Shown here in pieces: positions 15,001 through 30,000 of a stretch of DNA of 64,000 nucleotides (its first letter is position 1; the number at the start of each line of letters is the position of its first letter). This DNA comes from Octopus vulgaris (taxonomy: Eukaryota), in the NCBI GenBank assembly GCA_951406725.2, contig OX597820.1, forward strand, positions 8,060,001 through 8,124,000. Reading direction: 5' to 3'. The notes under the pieces were generated by a model, which saw nothing but the letters and a program-made list of their open reading frames with translations, did no database searches and had not been told where the DNA came from. Both the position numbers and the translations under genes were made by a program.

Positions 15001-18000
15001 AAGGGGAGGAAGGGATGGAAGGAATATTAAACATTCCAGAGAGGGGGATTTGAAGGTGAAGGGAGGAAGGGATGGAAGGAATATTAAACATTCCAGAGAG
15101 GGGGATTTGAAGGTGAAGGGGAGGAAGGGATGGAAGGAATATTAAACATTCCAGAGAGGGGGATTTGAAGGTGAAGGGAGGAAGGGATGGAAGGAATATT
15201 AAACATTCCAGAGAGGGGGATTTGAAGGTGAAGGGGAGGAAGGGATGGAAGGAATATTAAACATTCCAGAGAGGGGGATTTGAAGGTGAAGGGGAGGAAG
15301 GGATGGAAGGAATATTAAACATTCCAGAGAGGGGGATTTGAAGGTGAAGGGGAGGAAGGGATGGAAGGAATATTAAACATTCCAGAGAGGGGGATTTGAA
15401 GGTGAAGGGGAGGAAGGGATGGAAGGAATATTAAACATTCCAGAGAGGGGGATTTGAAGGTGAAGGGGAGGAAGGGATGGAAGGAATATTAAACATTCCA
15501 GAGAGGGGGATTTGAAGGTGAAGGGAGGAAGGGATGGAAGGAATATTAAACATTCCAGAGAGGGGGATTTGAAGGTGAAGGGGAGGAAGGGATGGAAGGA
15601 ATATTAAACATTCCAGAGAGGGGGATTTGAAGGTGAAGGGGAGGAAGGGATGGAAGGAATATTAAACATTCCAGAGAGGGGGATTTGAAGGTGAAGGGGA
15701 GGAAGGGATGGAAGGAATATTAAACATTCCAGAGAGGGGGATTTGAAGGTGAAGGGGAGGAAGGGATGGAAGGAATATTGAACATTCCAGAGAGGGGGAT
15801 TTGAAGGTGAAGGGGAGGAAGGGATGGAAGGAATATTAAACATTCCAGAGAGGGGGATTTGAAGGTGAAGGGAGGAAGGGATGGAAGGAATATTGAACAT
15901 TCCAGAGAGGGGGATTTGAAGGTGAAGGGGAGGAAGGGATGGAAGGAATATTAAACATTCCAGAGAGGGGGATTTGAAGGTGAAGGGAGGAAGGGATGGA
16001 AGGAATATTAAACATTCCAGAGAGGGGGATTTGAAGGTGAAGGGGAGGAAGGGATGGAAGGAATATTAAACATTCCAGAGAGGGGGATTTGAAGGTGAAG
16101 GGGAGGAAGGGATGGAAGGAATATTAAACATTCCAGAGAGGGGGATTTGAAGGTGAAGGGGAGGAAGGGATGGAAGGAATATTAAACATTCCAGAGAGGG
16201 GGATTTGAAGGTGAAGGGGAGGAAGGGATGGAAGGAATATTAAACATTCCAGAGAGGGGGATTTGAAGGTGAAGGGGAGGAAGGGATGGAAGGAATATTG
16301 AACATTCCAGAGAGGGGGATTTGAAGGTGAAGGGGAGGAAGGGATGGAAGGAATATTAAACATTCCAGAGAGGGGATTTGAAGGTGAAGGGGAGGAAGGG
16401 ATGGAAGGAATATTAAACATTCCAGAGAGGGGGATTTGAAGGTGAAGGGGAGGAAGGGATGGAAGGAATATTAAACATTCCAGAGAGGGGGATTTGAAGG
16501 TGAAGGGAGGAAGGGATGGAAGGAATATTGAACATTCCAGAGAGGGGGATTTGAAGGTGAAGGGGAGGAAGGGATGGAAGGAATATTAAACATTCCAGAG
16601 AGGGGGATTTGAAGGTGAAGGGAGGAAGGGATGGAAGGAATATTAAACATTCCAGAGAGGGGGATTTGAAGGTGAAGGGAGGAAGGGATGGAAGGAATAT
16701 TAAACATTCCAGAGAGGGGGATTTGAAGGTGAAGGGAGGAAGGGATGGAAGGAATATGAAGGAATATTAACATTCCAGAGAGGGGGATTTGAAGGTGAAG
16801 AGGAGGAAGGGATGGAAGGAATATTAAACATTCCAGAGAGGGGGATTTGAAGGTGAAGGGGAGGAAGGGATGGAAGGAATATTAAACATTCCAGAGAGGG
16901 GGATTTGAAGGTGAAGGGAGGAAGGGATGGAAGGAATATTAAACATTCCAGAGAGGGGGATTTGAAGGTGAAGGGAGGAAGGGATGGAAGGAATATTAAA
17001 CATTCCAGAGAGGGGGATTTGAAGGTGAAGGGGAGGAAGGGATGGAAGGAATATTAAACATTCCAGAGAGGGGGATTTGAAGGTGAAGGGGAGGAAGGGA
17101 TGGAAGGAATATTAAACATTCCAGAGAGGGGGATTTGAAGGTGAAGGGGAGGAAGGGATGGAAGGAATATTAAACATTCCAGAGAGGGGGATTTGAAGGT
17201 GAAGGGGAGGAAGGGATGGAAGGAATATTAAACATTCCAGAGAGGGGGATTTGAAGGTGAAGGGAGGAAGGGATGGAAGGAATATTAAACATTCCAGAGA
17301 GGGGGATTTGAAGGTGAAGGGAGGAAGGGATGGAAGGAATATTAAACATTCCAGAGAGGGGGATTTGAAGGTGAAGGGAGGAAGGATGGAAGGAATATTA
17401 AACATTCCAGAGAGGGGGATTTGAAGGTGAAGGGAGGAAGGGATGGAAGGAATATTAAACATTCCAGAGAGGGGGATTTGAAGGTGAAGGGAGGAAGGGA
17501 TGGAAGGAATATTAAACATTCCAGAGAGGGGGATTTGAAGGTGAAGGGGAGGAAGGGATGGAAGGAATATTAAACATTCCAGAGAGGGGGATTTGAAGGT
17601 GAAGGGAGGAAGGATGGAAGGAATATTAAACATTCCAGAGAGGGGGATTTGAAGGTGAAGGGGAGGAAGGGATGGAAGGAATATTAAACATTCCAAGAGG
17701 GGATTGAGTGAGGAGAATATTAACATTCCAGAGAGGGGATTTGAAGGTGAAGGGAGGAAGGGATGGAAGGAATATTAAACATTCCAGAGAGGGGGATTTG
17801 AAGGTGAAGGGGAGGAAGGGATGGAAGGAATATTAAACATTCCAGAGAGGGGATTTGAAGGTGAAGGGGAGGAAGGGATGGAAGGAATATTGAACATTCC
17901 AGAGAGGGGGATTTGAAGGTGAAGGGGAGGAAGGGATGGAAGGAATATTAAACATTCCAGAGAGGGGGATTTGAAGGTGAAGGGAGGAAGGGATGGAAGG

Positions 18001-21000
18001 AATATTAAACATTCCAGAGAGGGGGATTTGAAGGTGAAGGGGAGGAAGGGATGGAAGGAATATTAAACATTCCAGAGAGGGGGATTTGAAGGTGAAGGGA
18101 GGAAGGGATGGAAGGAATATTAAACATTCCAGAGAGGGGGATTTGAAGGTGAAGGGGAGGAAGGGATGGAAGGAATATTAAACATTCCAGAGAGGGGGAT
18201 TTGAAGGTGAAGGGGAGGAAGGGATGGAAGGAATATTAAACATTCCAGAGAGGGGGATTTGAAGGTGAAGGGGAGGAAGGGATGGAAGGAATATTGAACA
18301 TTCCAGAGAGGGGGATTTGAAGGTGAAGGGAGGAAGGGATGGAAGGAATATTAACATTCCAGAGAGGGGGATTTGAAGGTGAAGGGAGGAAGGGATGGAA
18401 GGAATATTAACATTCCAGAGAGGGGGATTTGAAGGTGAAGGGAGGAAGGGATGGAAGGAATATTAAACATTCCAGAGAGGGGGATTTGAAGGTGAAGGGG
18501 AGGAAGGGATGGAAGGAATATTGAACATTCCAGAGAGGGGGATTTGAAGGTGAAGGGGAGGAAGGGATGGAAGGAATATTAAACATTCCAGAGAGGGGGA
18601 TTTGAAGGTGAAGGGGAGGAAGGGATGGAAGGAATATTAAACATTCCAGAGAGGGGGATTTGAAGGTGAAGGGAGGAAGGGATGGAAGGAATATTAAACA
18701 TTCCAGAGAGGGGGATTTGAAGGTGAAGGGAGGAAGGGATGGAAGGAATATTAAACATTCCAGAGAGGGGGATTTGAAGGTGAAGGGGAGGAAGGGATGG
18801 AAGGAATATTGAACATTCCAGAGAGGGGGATTTGAAGGTGAAGGGAGGAAGGGATGGAAGGAATATTAAACATTCCAGAGAGGGGGATTTGAAGGTGAAG
18901 GGAGGAAGGGATGGAAGGAATATTAAACATTCCAGAGAGGGGGATTTGAAGGTGAAGGGAGGAAGGGATGGAAGGAATATTAAACATTCCAGAGAGGGGG
19001 ATTTGAAGGTGAAGGGGAGGAAGGGATGGAAGGAATATTAAACATTCCAGAGAGGGGGATTTGAAGGTGAAGGGAGGAAGGGATGGAAGGAATATTAAAC
19101 ATTCCAGAGAGGGGGATTTGAAGGTGAAGGGAGGAAGGGATGGAAGGAATATTAAACATTCCAGAGAGGGGGATTTGAAGGTGAAGGGGAGGAAGGGATG
19201 GAAGGAATATTAAACATTCCAGAGAGGGGGATTTGAAGGTGAAGGAGGAAGGGATGGAAGGAATATTAAACATTCCAGAGATTGGGATTTGAAGGTGAAG
19301 AGGAGGAAGGAGGATGGAAGGAATATTAAACATTCCAGAGAGGGGGATTTGAAGGTGAAGGGAGGAAGGCATGGAAGGAATATTGAACATTCCAGAGAGG
19401 GGGATTTGAAGGTGAAGGGGAGGAAGGGATGGAAGGAATATTAAACATTCCAGAGAGGGGGATTTGAAGGTGAAGGGGAGGAAGGGATGGAAGGAATATT
19501 AAACATTCCAGAGAGGGGGATTTGAAGGTGAAGGGGAGGAAGGGATGGAAGGAATATTAAACATTCCAGAGAGGGGGATTTGAAGGTGAAGGGGAGGAAG
19601 GGATGGAAGGAATATTAAACATTCCAGAGAGGGGGATTTGAAGGTGAAGGGAGGAAGGGATGGAAGGAATATTAAACATTCCAGAGAGGGGGATTTGAAG
19701 GTGAAGGGGAGGAAGGGATGGAAGGAATATTACACATTCCAGAGAGGGGGATTTGAAGGTGAAGGGGAGGAAGGGATGGAAGGAATATTAAACATTCCAG
19801 AGAGGGGGATTTGAAGGTGAAGGGGAGGAAGGGATGGAAGGAATATTAAACATTCCAGAGAGGGGGATTTGAAGGTGAAGGGGAGGAAGGGATGGAAGGA
19901 ATATTAAACATTCCAGAGAGGGGGATTTGAAGGTGAAGGGGAGGAAGGGATGGAAGGAATATTAAACATTCCAGAGAGGGGGATTTGAAGGTGAAGGGGA
20001 GGAAGGGATGGAAGGAATATTAAACATTCCAGAGAGGGGGATTTGAAGGTGAAGGGAGGAAGGGATGGAAGGAATATTAAACATTCCAGAGAGGGGGATT
20101 TGAAGGTGAAGGGAGGAAGGGATGGAAGGAATATTAAACATTCCAGAGAGGGGGATTTGAAGGTGAAGGGAGGAAGGGATGGAAGGAATATTAAACATTC
20201 CAGAGAGGGGGATTTGAAGGTGAAGGGGAGGAAGGGATGGAAGGAATATTAAACATTCCAGAGAGGGGGATTTGAAGGTGAAGGGAGGAAGGGAGGAAGG
20301 AATATTAAACATTCCAGAGAGGGGGATTTGAAGGTGAAGGGAGGAAGGGATGGAAGGAATATTAAACATTCCAGAGAGGGGGATTTGAAGGTGAAGGGAG
20401 GAAGGGATGGAAGGAATATTAAACATTCCAGAGAGGGGGATTTGAAGGTGAAGGGGAGGAAGGGATGGAAGGAATATTAAACATTCCAGAGAGGGGGATT
20501 TGAAGGTGAAGGGGAGGAAGGGATGGAAGGAATATTAAACATTCCAGAGAGGGGGATTTGAAGGTGAAGGGAGGAAGGGATGGAAGGAATATTAAACATT
20601 CCAGAGAGGGGGATTTGAAGGTGAAGGGAGGAAGGGATGGAAGGAATATTGAACATTCCAGAGAGGGGGATTTGAAGGTGAAGGGAGGAAGGGATGGAAG
20701 GAATATTAAACATTCCAGAGAGGGGGATTTGAAGGTGAAGGGGAGGAAGGGATGGAAGGAATATTAAACATTCCAGAGAGGGGGATTTGAAGGTGAAGGG
20801 GAGGAAGGGATGGAAGGAATATTAAACATTCCAGAGAGGGGGATTTGAAGGTGAAGGGGAGGAAGGGATGGAAGGAATATTAAACATTCCAGAGAGGGGG
20901 ATTTGAAGGTGAAGGGGAGGAAGGGATGGAAGGAATATTAAACATTCCAGAGAGGGGGATTTGAAGGTGAAGGGGAGGAAGGGATGGAAGGAATATTAAA

Positions 21001-24000
21001 CATTCCAGAGAGGGGGATTTGAAGGTGAAGGGGAGGAGGGATGGAAGGAATATTGAACATTCCAGAGAGGGGATTTGAAGGTGAAGGGAGGAAGGGATGG
21101 AAGGAATATTAAACATTCCAGAGAGGGGGATTTGAAGGTGAAGGGGAGGAAGGGATGGAAGGAATATTGAACATTCCAGAGAGGGGGATTTGAAGGTGAA
21201 GGGGAGGAAGGGATGGAAGGAATATTAAACATTCCAGAGAGGGGGATTTGAAGGTGAAGGGGAGGAAGGGATGGAAGGAATATTGAACATTCCAGAGAGG
21301 GGGATTTGAAGGTGAAGGGGAGGAAGGGATGGAAGGAATATTAAACATTCCAGAGAGGGGGATTTGAAGGTGAATGGGGAGGAAGGGATGAAGGAATATT
21401 AAACATTCCAGAGAGGGGGATTTGAAGGTGAAGGGGAGGAAGGGATGGAAGGAATATTAAACATTCCAGAGAGGGGGATTTGAAGGTGAAGGGAGGAAGG
21501 GATGGAAGGAATATTAAACATTCCAGAGAGGGGGATTTGAAGGTGAAGGGGAGGAAGGGATGGAAGGAATATTAAACATTCCAGAGAGGGGGATTTGAAG
21601 GTGAAGGGAGGAAGGGATGGAAGGAATATTAAACATTCCAGAGAGGGGGATTTGAAGGTGAAGGGGAGGAAGGGATGGAAGGAATATTAAACATTCCAGA
21701 GAGGGGGATTTGAAGGTGAAGGGGAGGAAGGGATGGAAGGAATATTAAACATTCCAGAGAGGGGGATTTGAAGGTGAAGGGGAGGAAGGGATGGAAGGAA
21801 TATTAAACATTCCAGAGAGGGGGATTTGAAGGTGAAGGGGAGGAAGGGATGGAAGGAATATTAAACATTCCAGAGAGGGGGATTTGAAGGTGAAGGGGAG
21901 GAAGGGATGGAAGGAATATTAAACATTCCAGAGAGGGGGATTTGAAGGTGAAGGGGAGGAAGGGATGGAAGGAATATTAAACATTCCAGAGAGGGGGATT
22001 TGAAGGTGAAGGGGAGGAAGGGATGGAAGGAATATTAAACATTCCAGAGAGGGGGATTTGAAGGTGAAGGGGAGGAAGGGATGGAAGGAATATTAAACAT
22101 TCCAGAGAGGGGGATTTGAAGGTGAAGGGAGGAAGGGATGGAAGGAATATTAAACATTCCAGAGAGGGGGATTTGAAGGTGAAGGGGAGGAAGGGGAGGA
22201 AGGAATGGAAGGAATATTGAACATTCCAGAGAGGGGGATTTGAAGGTGAAGGGGAGGAAGGGATGGAAGGAATATTAAACATTCCAGAGAGGGGGATTTG
22301 AAGGTGAAGGGGAGGAAGGGATGGAAGGAATATTAAACATTCCAGAGAGGGGGATTTGAAGGTGAAGGGGAGGAAGGGATGGAAGGAATATTGAACATTC
22401 CAGAGAGGGGGATTTGAAGGTGAAGGGGAGGAAGGGATGGAAGGAATATTAAACATTCCAGAGAGGGGGATTTGAAGGTGAAGGGGAGGAAGGGATGGAA
22501 GGAATATTAAACATTCCAGAGAGGGGGATTTGAAGGTGAAGGGAGGAAGGGATGGAAGGAATATTAAACATTCCAGAGAGGGGGATTTGAAGGTGAAGGG
22601 GAGGAAGGGATGGAAGGAATATTAAACATTCCAGAGAGGGGGATTTGAAGGTGAAGGGGAGGAAGGGATGGAAGGAATATTAAACATTCCAGAGAGGGGG
22701 ATTTGAAGGTGAAGGGGAGGAAGGGATGGAAGGAATATTAAACATTCCAGAGAGGGGGATTTGAAGGTGAAGGGGAGGAAGGGATGGAAGGAATATTAAA
22801 CATTCCAGAGAGGGGGATTTGAAGGTGAAGGGGAGGAAGGGATGGAAGGAATATTAAACATTCCAGAGAGGGGGATTTGAAGGTGAAGGGAGGAAGGGAT
22901 GGAAGGAATATTAAACATTCCAGAGAGGGGGATTTGAAGGTGAAGGGGAGGAAGGGATGGAAGGAATATTAAACATTCCAGAGAGGGGGATTTGAAGGTG
23001 AAGGGAGGAAGGGATGGAAGGAATATTAAACATTCCAGAGAGGGGGATTTGAAGGTGAAGGGGAGGAAGGGATGGAAGGAATATTAAACATTCCAGAGAG
23101 GGGGATTTGAAGGTGAAGGGGAGGAAGGGATGGAAGGAATATTAAACATTCCAGAGAGGGGGATTTGAAGGTGAAGGGGAGGAAGGGATGGAAGGAATAT
23201 TAAACATTCCAGAGAGGGGGATTTGAAGGTGAAGGGGAGGAAGGGATGGAAGGAATATTAAACATTCCAGAGAGGGGGATTTGAAGGTGAAGGGGAGGAA
23301 GGGATGGAAGGAATATTGAACATTCCAGAGAGGGGGATTTGAAGGTGAAGGGGAGGAAGGGATGGAAGGAATATTAAACATTCCAGAGAGGGGGATTTGA
23401 AGGTGAAGGGAGGAAGGGATGGAAGGAATATTGAACATTCCAGAGAGGGGGATTTGAAGGTGAAGGGGAGGAAGGGATGGAAGGAATATTAAACATTCCA
23501 GAGAGGGGGATTTGAAGGTGAAGGGAGGAAGGGATGGAAGGAATATTAAACATTCCAGAGAGGGGGATTTGAAGGTGAAGGGGAGGAAGGGATGGAAGGA
23601 ATATTAAACATTCCAGAGAGGGGGATTTGAAGGTGAAGGGAGGAAGGGATGGAAGGAATATTAAACATTCCAGAGAGGGGGATTTGAAGGTGAAGGGGAG
23701 GAAGGGATGGAAGGAATATTAAACATTCCAGAGAGGGGGATTTGAAGGTGAAGGGGAGGAAGGGATGGAAGGAATATTGAACATTCCAGAGAGGGGGATT
23801 TGAAGGTGAAGGGGAGGAAGGGATGGAAGGAATATTAAACATTCCAGAGAGGGGGATTTGAAGGTGAAGGGGAGGAAGGGATGGAAGGAATATTAAACAT
23901 TCCAGAGAGGGGGATTTGAAGGTGAAGGGAGGAAGGGATGGAAGGAATATTAAACATTCCAGAGAGGGGATTTGAAGGTGAAGGGGAGGAAGGGATGGAA

Positions 24001-27000
24001 GGAATATTAAACATTCCAGAGAGGGGGATTTGAAGGTGAAGGGGAGGAAGGGAAGAAGGAATATTAAACATTCCAGAGAGGGGGATTTGAAGGTGAAGGG
24101 AGGAAGGGATGGAAGGAATATTAAACATTCCAAGAGAGGGGGATTTGAAGGTGAAGGGGAGGAAGGAAGGAGGATGGAAGGAATATTAAACATTCCAGAG
24201 AGGGGGATTTGAAGGTGAAGGGAGGAAGGGATGGAAGGAATATTAAACATTCCAGAGAGGGGGATTTGAAGGTGAAGGGAGGAAGGGATGGAAGGAATAT
24301 TAAACATTCCAGAGAGGGGGATTTGAAGGTGAAGGGAGGAAGGGATGGAAGGAATATTAAACATTCCAGAGAGGGGGATTTGAAGGTGAAGGGGAGGAAG
24401 GGATGGAAGGAATATTAAACATTCCAGAGAGGGGGATTTGAAGGTGAAGGGGAGGAAGGGATGGAAGGAATATTAAACATTCCAGAGAGGGGGATTTGAA
24501 GGTGAAGGGAGGAAGGATGGAAGGAATATTAAACATTCCAGAGAGGGGGATTTGAAGGTGAAGGGAGGAAGGGATGGAAGGAATATTAAACATTCCAGAG
24601 AGGGGGATTTGAAGGTGAAGGGAGGAAGGGATGGAAGGAATATTAAACATTCCAGAGAGGGGGATTTGAAGGTGAAGGGAGGAAGGGATGGAAGGAATAT
24701 TAAACATTCCAGAGAGGGGGATTTGAAGGTGAAGGGGAGGAAGGGATGGAAGGAATATTAAACATTCCAGAGAGGGGGATTTGAAGGTGAAGGGGAGGAA
24801 GGGATGGAAGGAATATTGAACATTCCAGAGAGGGGGATTTGAAGGTGAAGGGGAGGAAGGGATGGAAGGAATATTAAACATTCCAGAGAGGGGGATTTGA
24901 AGGTGAAGGGGAGGAAGGGATGGAAGGAATATTAAACATTCCAGAGAGGGGGATTTGAAGGTGAAGGGGAGGAAGGGATGGAAGGAATATTAAACATTCC
25001 AGAGAGGGGGATTTGAAGGTGAAGGGGAGGAAGGGATGGAAGGAATATTGAACATTCCAGAGAGGGGGATTTGAAGGTGAAGGGGAGGAAGGGAGGAAGG
25101 ATGGAAGGAATATTAAACATTCCAGAGAGGGGGATTTGAAGGTGAAGGGGAGGAAGGGATGGAAGGAATATTGAACATTCCAGAGAGGGGGATTTGAAGG
25201 TGAAGGGAGGAAGGGATGGAAGGAATATTAAACATTCCAGAGAGGGGATTTGAAGGTGAAGGGAGGAAGGATGGAAGGAATATTAAACATTCCAGAGAGG
25301 GGGATTTGAAGGTGAAGGGAGGAAGGGATGGAAGGAATATTAAACATTCCAGAGAGGGGGATTTGAAGGTGAAGGGGAGGAAGGGATGGAAGGAATATTA
25401 AACATTCCAGAGAGGGGGATTTGAAGGTGAAGGGAGGAAGGGATGGAAGGAATATTAAACATTCCAGAGAGGGGGATTTGAAGGTGAAGGGAGGAAGGGA
25501 TGGAAGGAATATTAAACATTCCAGAGAGGGGGATTTGAAGGTGAAGGGAGGAAGGGATGGAAGGAATATTAACATTCCAGAGAGGGGGATTTGAAGGTGA
25601 AGGGAGGAAGGGATGGAAGGAATATTAAACATTCCAGAGAGGGGGATTTGAAGGTGAAGGGGAGGAAGGGATGGAAGGAATATTAAACATTCCAGAGAGG
25701 GGGATTTGAAGGTGAAGGGAGGAAGGGATGGAAGGAATATTAAACATTCCAGAGAGGGGGATTTGAAGGTGAAGGGGAGGAAGGGATGGAAGGAATATTA
25801 AACATTCCAGAGAGGGGGATTTGAAGGTGAAGGGAGGAAGGGATGGAAGGAATATTAAACATTCCAGAGAGGGGGATTTGAAGGTGAAGGGGAGGAAGGG
25901 ATGGAAGGAATATTAAACATTCCAGAGAGGGGGATTTGAAGGTGAAGGGGAGGAAGGGATGGAAGGAATATTAAACATTCCAGAGAGGGGGATTTGAAGG
26001 TGAAGGGGAGGAAGGGATGGAAGGAATATTAAACATTCCAGAGAGGGGGATTTGAAGGTGAAGGGGAGGAAGGGATGGAAGGAATATTAAACATTCCAGA
26101 GAGGGGGATTTGAAGGTGAAGGGAGGAAGGGATGGAAGGAATATTAAACATTCCAGAGAGGGGGATTTGAAGGTGAAGGGGAGGAAGGGATGGAAGGAAT
26201 ATTAAACATTCCAGAGAGGGGGATTTGAAGGTGAAGGGAGGAAGGGATGGAAGGAATATTAAACATTCCAGAGAGGGGGATTTGAAGGTGAAGGGGAGGA
26301 AGGGATGGAAGGAATATTAAACATTCCAGAGAGGGGGATTTGAAGGTGAAGGGGAGGAAGGGATGGAAGGAATATTGAACATTCCAGAGGGGGATTTGAA
26401 GGTGAAGGGGAGGAAGGGATGGAAGGAATATTAAACATTCCAGAGAGGGGGATTTGAAGGTGAAGGGAGGAAGGGATGGAAGGAATATTAAACATTCCAG
26501 AGAGGGGGATTTGAAGGTGAAGGGAGGAAGGGATGGAAGGAATATTGAACATTCCAGAGAGGGGGATTTGAAGGTGAAGGGAGGAAGGGATGGAAGGAAT
26601 ATTAAACATTCCAGAGAGGGGGATTTGAAGGTGAAGGGAGGAAGGGATGGAAGGAATATTAAACATTCCAGAGAGGGGGATTTGAAGGTGAAGGGGAGGA
26701 AGGGGATGGAAGGAATATTAAACATTCCAGAGAGGGGGATTTGAAGGTGAAGGGAGGAAGGGATGGAAGGAATATTAAACATTCCAGAGAGGGGGATTTG
26801 AAGGTGAAGGGGAGGAAGGGATGGAAGGAATATTAAACATTCCAGAGAGGGGATTTGAAGGTGAAGGGGAGGAAGGGATGGAAGGAATATTAAACATTCC
26901 AGAGAGGGGGATTTGAAGGTGAAGGGGAGGAAGGGATGGAAGGAATATTAAACATTCCAGAGAGGGGGATTTGAAGGTGAAGGGAGGAAGGGATGGAAGG

Positions 27001-30000
27001 AATATTAAACATTCCAGAGAGGGGGATTTGAAGGTGAAGGGAGGAAGGGATGGAAGGAATATTAAACATTCCAGAGAGGGGGATTTGAAGGTGAAGGGGA
27101 GGAAGGGATGGAAGGAATATTAAACATTCCAGAGAGGGGGATTTGAAGGTGAAGGGGAGGAAGGGATGGAAGGAATATTAAACATTCCAGAGAGGGGGAT
27201 TTGAAGGTGAAGGGAGGAAGGGATGGAAGGAATATTGAACATTCCAGAGAGGGGGATTTGAAGGTGAAGGGGAGGAAGGGATGGAAGGAATATTAAACAT
27301 TCCAGAGAGGGGGATTTGAAGGTGAAGGGGAAGGAAGGAATGGAAGGAATATTAAACATTCCAGAGAGGGGGATTTGAAGGTGAAGGGGAGGAAGGGATG
27401 GAAGGAATATTGAACATTCCAGAGAGGGGGATTTGAAGGTGAAGGGGAGGAAGGGATGGAAGGAATATTAAACATTCCAGAGAGGGGGATTTGAAGGTGA
27501 AGGGGAGGAAGGGATGGAAGGAATATTAAACATTCCAGAGAGGGGGATTTGAAGGTGAAGGGAGGAAGGGATGGAAGGAATATTGAACATTCCAGAGAGG
27601 GGGATTTGAAGGTGAAGGGGAGGAAGGGATGGAAGGAATATTGAACATTCCAGAGAGGGGGATTTGAAGGTGAAGGGGAGGAAGGGATGGAAGGAATATT
27701 AAACATTCCAGAGAGGGGGATTTGAAGGTGAAGGGAGGAAGGGATGGAAGGAATATTAAACATTCCAGAGAGGGGGATTTGAAGGTGAAGGGAGGAAGGG
27801 ATGGAAGGAATATTGAACATTCCAGAGAGGGGGATTTGAAGGTGAAGGGGAGGAAGGGATGGAAGGAATATTGAACATTCCAGAGAGGGGGATTTGAAGG
27901 TGAAGGGGAGGAAGGGATGGAAGGAATATTAAACATTCCAGAGAGGGGATTTGAAGGTGAAGGGGAGGAAGGGATGGAAGGAATATTGAACATTCCAGAG
28001 AGGGGGATTTGAAGGTGAAGGGAGGAAGGGATGGAAGGAATATTAAACATTCCAGAGAGGGGGATTTGAAGGTGAAGGGAGGAAGGGATGGAAGGAATAT
28101 TAAACATTCCAGAGAGGGGGATTTGAAGGTGAAGGGGAGGAAGGGATGGAAGGAATATTAAACATTCCAGAGAGGGGGATTTGAAGGTGAAGGGAGGAAG
28201 GGATGGAAGGAATATTAAACATTCCAGAGAGGGGGATTTGAAGGTGAAGGGAGGAAGGGATGGAAGGAATATTAAACATTCCAGAGAGGGGGATTTGAAG
28301 GTGAAGGGGAGGAAGGGATGGAAGGAATATTAAACATTCCAGAGAGGGGGATTTGAAGGTGAAGGGAGGAAGGGATGGAAGGAATATTAAACATTCCAAG
28401 AGGGGGATTTGAAGGTGAAGGGGAGGAAGGGATGGAAGGAATATTAAACATTCCAGAGAGGGGGATTTGAAGGTGAAGGGGAGGAAGGGATGGAAGGAAT
28501 ATTAAACATTCCAGAGAGGGGGATTTGAAGGTGAAGGGGAGGAAGGGATGGAAGGAATATTAAACATTCCAGAGAGGGGGATTTGAAGGTGAAGGGGAGG
28601 AAGGGATGGAAGGAATATTAAACATTCCAGAGAGGGGGATTTGAAGGTGAAGGGGAGGAAGGGATGGAAGGAATATTGAACATTCCAGAGAGGGGGATTT
28701 GAAGGTGAAGGGAGGAAGGGATGGAAGGAATATTAAACATTCCAGAGAGGGGGATTTGAAGGTGAAGGGGAGGAAGGGATGGAAGGAATATTAAACATTC
28801 CAGAGAGGGGGATTTGAAGGTGAAGGGAGGAAGGGATGGAAGGAATATTAAACATTCCAGAGAGGGGGATTTGAAGGTGAAGGGAGGAAGGGATGGAAGG
28901 AATATTGAACATTCCAGAGAGGGGGATTTGAAGGTGAAGGGGAGGAAGGGATGGAAGGAATATTAAACATTCCAGAGAGGGGGATTTGAAGGTGAAGGGG
29001 AGGAAGGGATGGAAGGAATATTAAACATTCCAGAGAGGGGGATTTGAAGGTGAAGGGAGGAAGGGATGGAAGGAATATTAAACATTCCAGAGAGGGGGAT
29101 TTGAAGGTGAAGGGAGGAAGGGATGGAAGGAATATTAAACATTCCAGAGAGGGGGATTTGAAGGTGAAGGGGAGGAAGGGATGGAAGGAATATTAAACAT
29201 TCCAGAGAGGGGGATTTGAAGGTGAAGGGAGGAAGGGATGGAAGGAATATTAAACATTCCAGAGAGGGGGATTTGAAGGTGAAGGGGAGGAAGGGATGGA
29301 AGGAATATTAAACATTCCAGAGAGGGGGATTTGAAGGTGAAGGGGAGGAAGGGATGGAAGGAATATTAAACATTCCAGAGAGGGGGATTTGAAGGTGAAG
29401 GGAGGAAGGGATGGAAGGAATATTAAACATTCCAGAGAGGGGGATTTGAAGGTGAAGGGAGGAGGAAGGGATGGAAGGAATATTAAACATTCCAGAGAGG
29501 GGGATTTGAAGGTGAAGGGAGGAAGGGATGGAAGGAATATTGAACATTCCAGAGAGGGGGATTTGAAGGTGAAGGGGAGGAAGGGATGGAAGGAATATTG
29601 AACATTCCAGAGAGGGGGATTTGAAGGTGAAGGGGAGGAAGGGATGGAAGGAATATTAAACATTCCAGAGAGGGGGATTTGAAGGTGAAGGGGAGGAAGG
29701 GATGGAAGGAATATTAAACATTCCAGAGAGGGGGATTTGAAGGTGAAGGGGAGGAAGGGATGGAAGGAATATTGAACATTCCAGAGAGGGGGATTTGAAG
29801 GTGAAGGGGAGGAAGGGATGGAAGGAATATTAAACATTCCAGAGAGGGGGATTTGAAGGTGAAGGGGAGGAAGGGATGGAAGGAATATTAAACATTCCAG
29901 AGAGGGGGATTTGAAGGTGAAGGGGAGGAAGGGATGGAAGGAATATTAAACATTCCAGAGAGGGGGATTTGAAGGTGAAGGGAGGAAGGGATGGAAGGAA

